Positions 61,225-64,000 of a DNA stretch of 64,000 nt are shown here, piece by piece. This stretch comes from the human T2T-CHM13v2.0 reference genome, Homo sapiens. The stretch lies in the NCBI RefSeq assembly GCF_009914755.1, contig NC_060935.1; one strand, given 5' to 3'. Under the pieces are notes generated by a model, which searched no databases, was not told the origin of the DNA, and was given only the letters and a program-made list of their open reading frames with translations. Made by a program: the position numbers and the translations under genes. Each line of letters starts with the position of its first letter. The first letter of the stretch is position 1.

Positions 61225-63354
61225 AGGGGAGAGGGGCAGAATAAAGGCATGTTCTAAAGGCATGTTCCTGCTCTTCATACTTACCCAGCCTTTATAGGCA
61301 AATGTGTGGCTGCAGTTGTGGCTGAAATATGAATGAATGTGGTGGTGTGCAGGTGCATGAATGACTGTAAGTTTCTGTGAATGAATGTATTTGTGATGAA
61401 GAGTGCATGGGAGCCCCTGCAAGCCGGGGTAGTGGTTTGCAGGTGCCTGGCTGGCTGGCTGGAAGCATCCACTGATCAGTATCTTTACCAAAGTCTATAA
61501 GTGTTGGGTTGAGGAGGGAGGAGGGGAATACTCTGTTTTCTCATAGCACCTCCCTTTTGCTGCTGCCACTGCTGCGTAGCAGCATGAACCGTTGGCAATT
61601 GCCTTGTCCTCCCTGAAGCCCCAGAGAAGAAAGTCGGGGGAAAGACAAGCAAAAGCATGTGGTCAGTCTGTCGTCAGTTGACGGCTCCTCCAGACACCAA
61701 GAATTGTCCTTAGATAAACTCTAGTCACAGAGCCTCCTGACTAGCCCGTGGGGCTGAACAAGGGGCAGATGAGTGGTAGCTCAGGTTAGATTTTCTCTGA
61801 CCTCTACTCCCCTGACCTACTAGCCTGGTCAGGCAGAATTATTCATATTCTGCCTTTATCTGAAATGTTGAGATTAATAAGACCGTCTTCTCTTCTATCT
61901 CCCAGCCAGATTTGGGGGAATGAAAGGAGGGGCCGCATTCGTTTAGGAAGTAGTGATAAGCAAAAATGACTGGGTAGTTACCAATTGAAAACCTGACTTC
62001 ATGAGCATATCAAAAAAAAAAAAGTTAAGGGCCACTTAATTTTAAATCATATGATTTAAATCCATTTTGGGTTCCTCTTCTCCCCCACTCAAGGTCCCCC
62101 GTAGTTTTTGTCATCCAAGTGGCCTCTGTGAGGGCCCCTGCACACGATGGCCCCAAATAGTCCCCTCATTAACAGTCTCAGCAGAGGCCAAAGACTGAAT
62201 AGGTCAGAGAAACCAAATTCTTCTATCATCCGGAGGCCCAAGAGAACCTATCTGAGGAGGGCAAGTGAGGGAGGGAGGGCTGAGAAGCAAGAAATGTGGG
62301 AAATGAAGACTTTACAAAACTATTGTAAATTGCCTCCTCTGAAAATAGAAAAATCCAACATTCCCCAACCACCCCCTCTCCAACAAATACTTTGAAAGTG
62401 GCGAATCTCACCCACTTTGCTTCCATGGGGAGGCACTCTGTATTCACATACATAATCCATAGGTATTTATAAAAATGTATAATTGTGAAATGGACCAATG
62501 AAAACTGTATTGTTAGCTAAGTGAAGAGGGCAGTTGTCCCCCCCCCATAAAAGGCAGATGTTTAAATAAATGCAGATTTTAATAATACAATATCATTATC
62601 AGATTGCATACTTAGGTCCCCCAGATGAAACCTAAGCCTGTTTTGGTGGGCTGCTGTGCCTTTTCTGCCAAGCAGCTGTGAGAAGGAATGAACATCCCAG
62701 AATCCTTGCTTATGAATGCACTGTCTTCGCTGAGTTTGAATGTACTAGTGCTTCATGTTTGTGTGAATGGGGGTTGCATGTGCTGGTCAGAAGCCACATG
62801 AGACACATGGTTGGGGGGCGGGGAATTATGTCTTTAAAAAATGAATTGGAAAAAATGAAATGGAATGTGTGAATGGCATAAATGGAGCCCATGGCACCTT
62901 CTCTTTTTTATTACCCACCACCACAATAGGGCCCACCTGTTTCATTAAAATTAATTCCTGGCTTTGCAAATATCAATAGATCAATACCTGTACTTATGTT
63001 CCACCCTTCACTGGGACCAGACTGCTAAAAACAGAGAGCTGCAACACAAAAGATACCGCAGTCAGCTCAAGCAGGGGGTTATTTTTAGATCAGAAAAACG
63101 AAGGGAAAGAAAAAAAACAGAGGCAGTTCTGGGTTTTGCAATCTAATTTGGTCCCTTTTCTTAAGGAAAAAAAAATCCCATCAATGGCATTTTCCATACA
63201 ATCTGATTTCCATTTGGCTCCTAGAAAAAGAAGAAGAGATCTAGGGCTGAAAATTCTGGAGTTTTATGGCTGATTCCAGCTAGTATCCTTTCTTCACCAG
63301 GCTCCAACTGAATTAATTTGATACTATTTTTGAAAGTCAGTGTTTCTAAGGGAG

Positions 63355-63870
63355 ACCTAATGACGCACTGACGTCAATGCAGGTCAATAGCACACACTGC
63401 TGGAACTGGGCGTGCTACACCGAGCCAGGGCTGGAGCCTTTTCAAACAGCCCCAACTCTGCAAATATCCCAGCTTTGCAGGGGGAAAAAAGCCAGGGTTT
63501 TGTAAGCATTGAGACCCCCACCATTTTTCCCGAACACCTTCAAAATTGATGCATGCTTTCTAGATGCAAAAAAAGAAAGAAGAAAATCCAAACAGATATA
63601 ATCAGACGCACTGCAGTGCAAAAAAAAAAAAAAAAAATCATACCTGTCAAAGGAACCGTATGTAATCCGTGCACACACACACATTTCACATTTACGTTCA
63701 GAATGCAATACATATCATTAGGATCTGTCTATAAATAGACTCGAGCGTGTGTGCATCGGGACTTAGTCCCAAACTGGGTTTTCAAACGTGGGTGATGAGT
63801 TCTTTGCTCTGATCAGTTACTCAGAAGGTGCCTGAATGTGTGGGGGTGGGAGCGTGGGAGGGGGCTGCCT
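63355..63870 (+). promoter_or_regulatory. Candidate activity-responsive promoter/enhancer (CRE, MEF2/TATA, EGR-like)
   Basis: TGACGCA (63361-63367) abuts a full CRE TGACGTCA (63369-63376). Also AGGTCA (63381-63386), CTATAAATAG (63729-63738) and GCGTGGGAG (63852-63860), all in repeat-free sequence. Confidence 0.6.
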
Positions 63871-64000
63871 CCTCTTTCTCCTCCTTCCCTTTGGCTCTCC
63901 CCCTCCTTTCTTCTCCCTCCCTCCCTCCCTCTACCCTCACCTCCCCTCTCCTCTCCCTGTATCCCTCTCTCATTTCCTCTTTCTTTCTCTTCTTCTCCCT
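63868..64000 (+). repeat. Polypyrimidine (C/T) tract
   Basis: About 130 nt almost entirely C/T, running to the window end. Confidence 0.85.

Noticed and set aside
61000-64000. miR-670 or miR-129-2 hairpin
   Set aside because: I expect them near this locus from memory but could not find a pre-miRNA-length hairpin or a recognisable mature sequence in the window. They probably lie downstream.

Overview
Human (primate) genomic DNA, mostly repeat-rich intergenic sequence. It opens with the last intron, terminal coding exon (1163-1294, ...PAKNRIQTIQCHLMLKKGRRSP*) and 3' UTR of TTC17, which from memory places the window on chr11p between TTC17 and the MIR670HG/MIR129-2/HSD17B12 region. The only other gene-derived element is a near full-length, intronless, disabled CTBP2 retrocopy (about 28958-31769, probably CTBP2P6). 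It landed inside the gag of a decayed ERVL provirus that also took a Tigger1, an MST LTR, an L1 piece and a MER63. The rest is about 20 Alus, L1/L2/MIR fragments, several solo LTRs (MLT2, MER57 in LTR16, THE1, MLT1, LTR8) and DNA transposon relics. There is also an orphan CpG island with GC boxes (about 54740-55730) and a repeat-poor 3' end carrying a CRE/MEF2/EGR motif cluster that looks like an activity-responsive promoter or enhancer. I found no evidence for a new protein-coding gene, RNA gene or CRISPR-like system; almost all listed ORFs are repeat- or GC-content artefacts. The best unexplained structures are a 155-bp inverted copy of a Tigger1/LTR junction, two short L1 ends with apparent 3' transductions, and the regulatory signatures at 54.7-55.7 kb and 63.3-64 kb. 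Repeat subfamily names come from recalled consensus sequences, and old-repeat boundaries are approximate.
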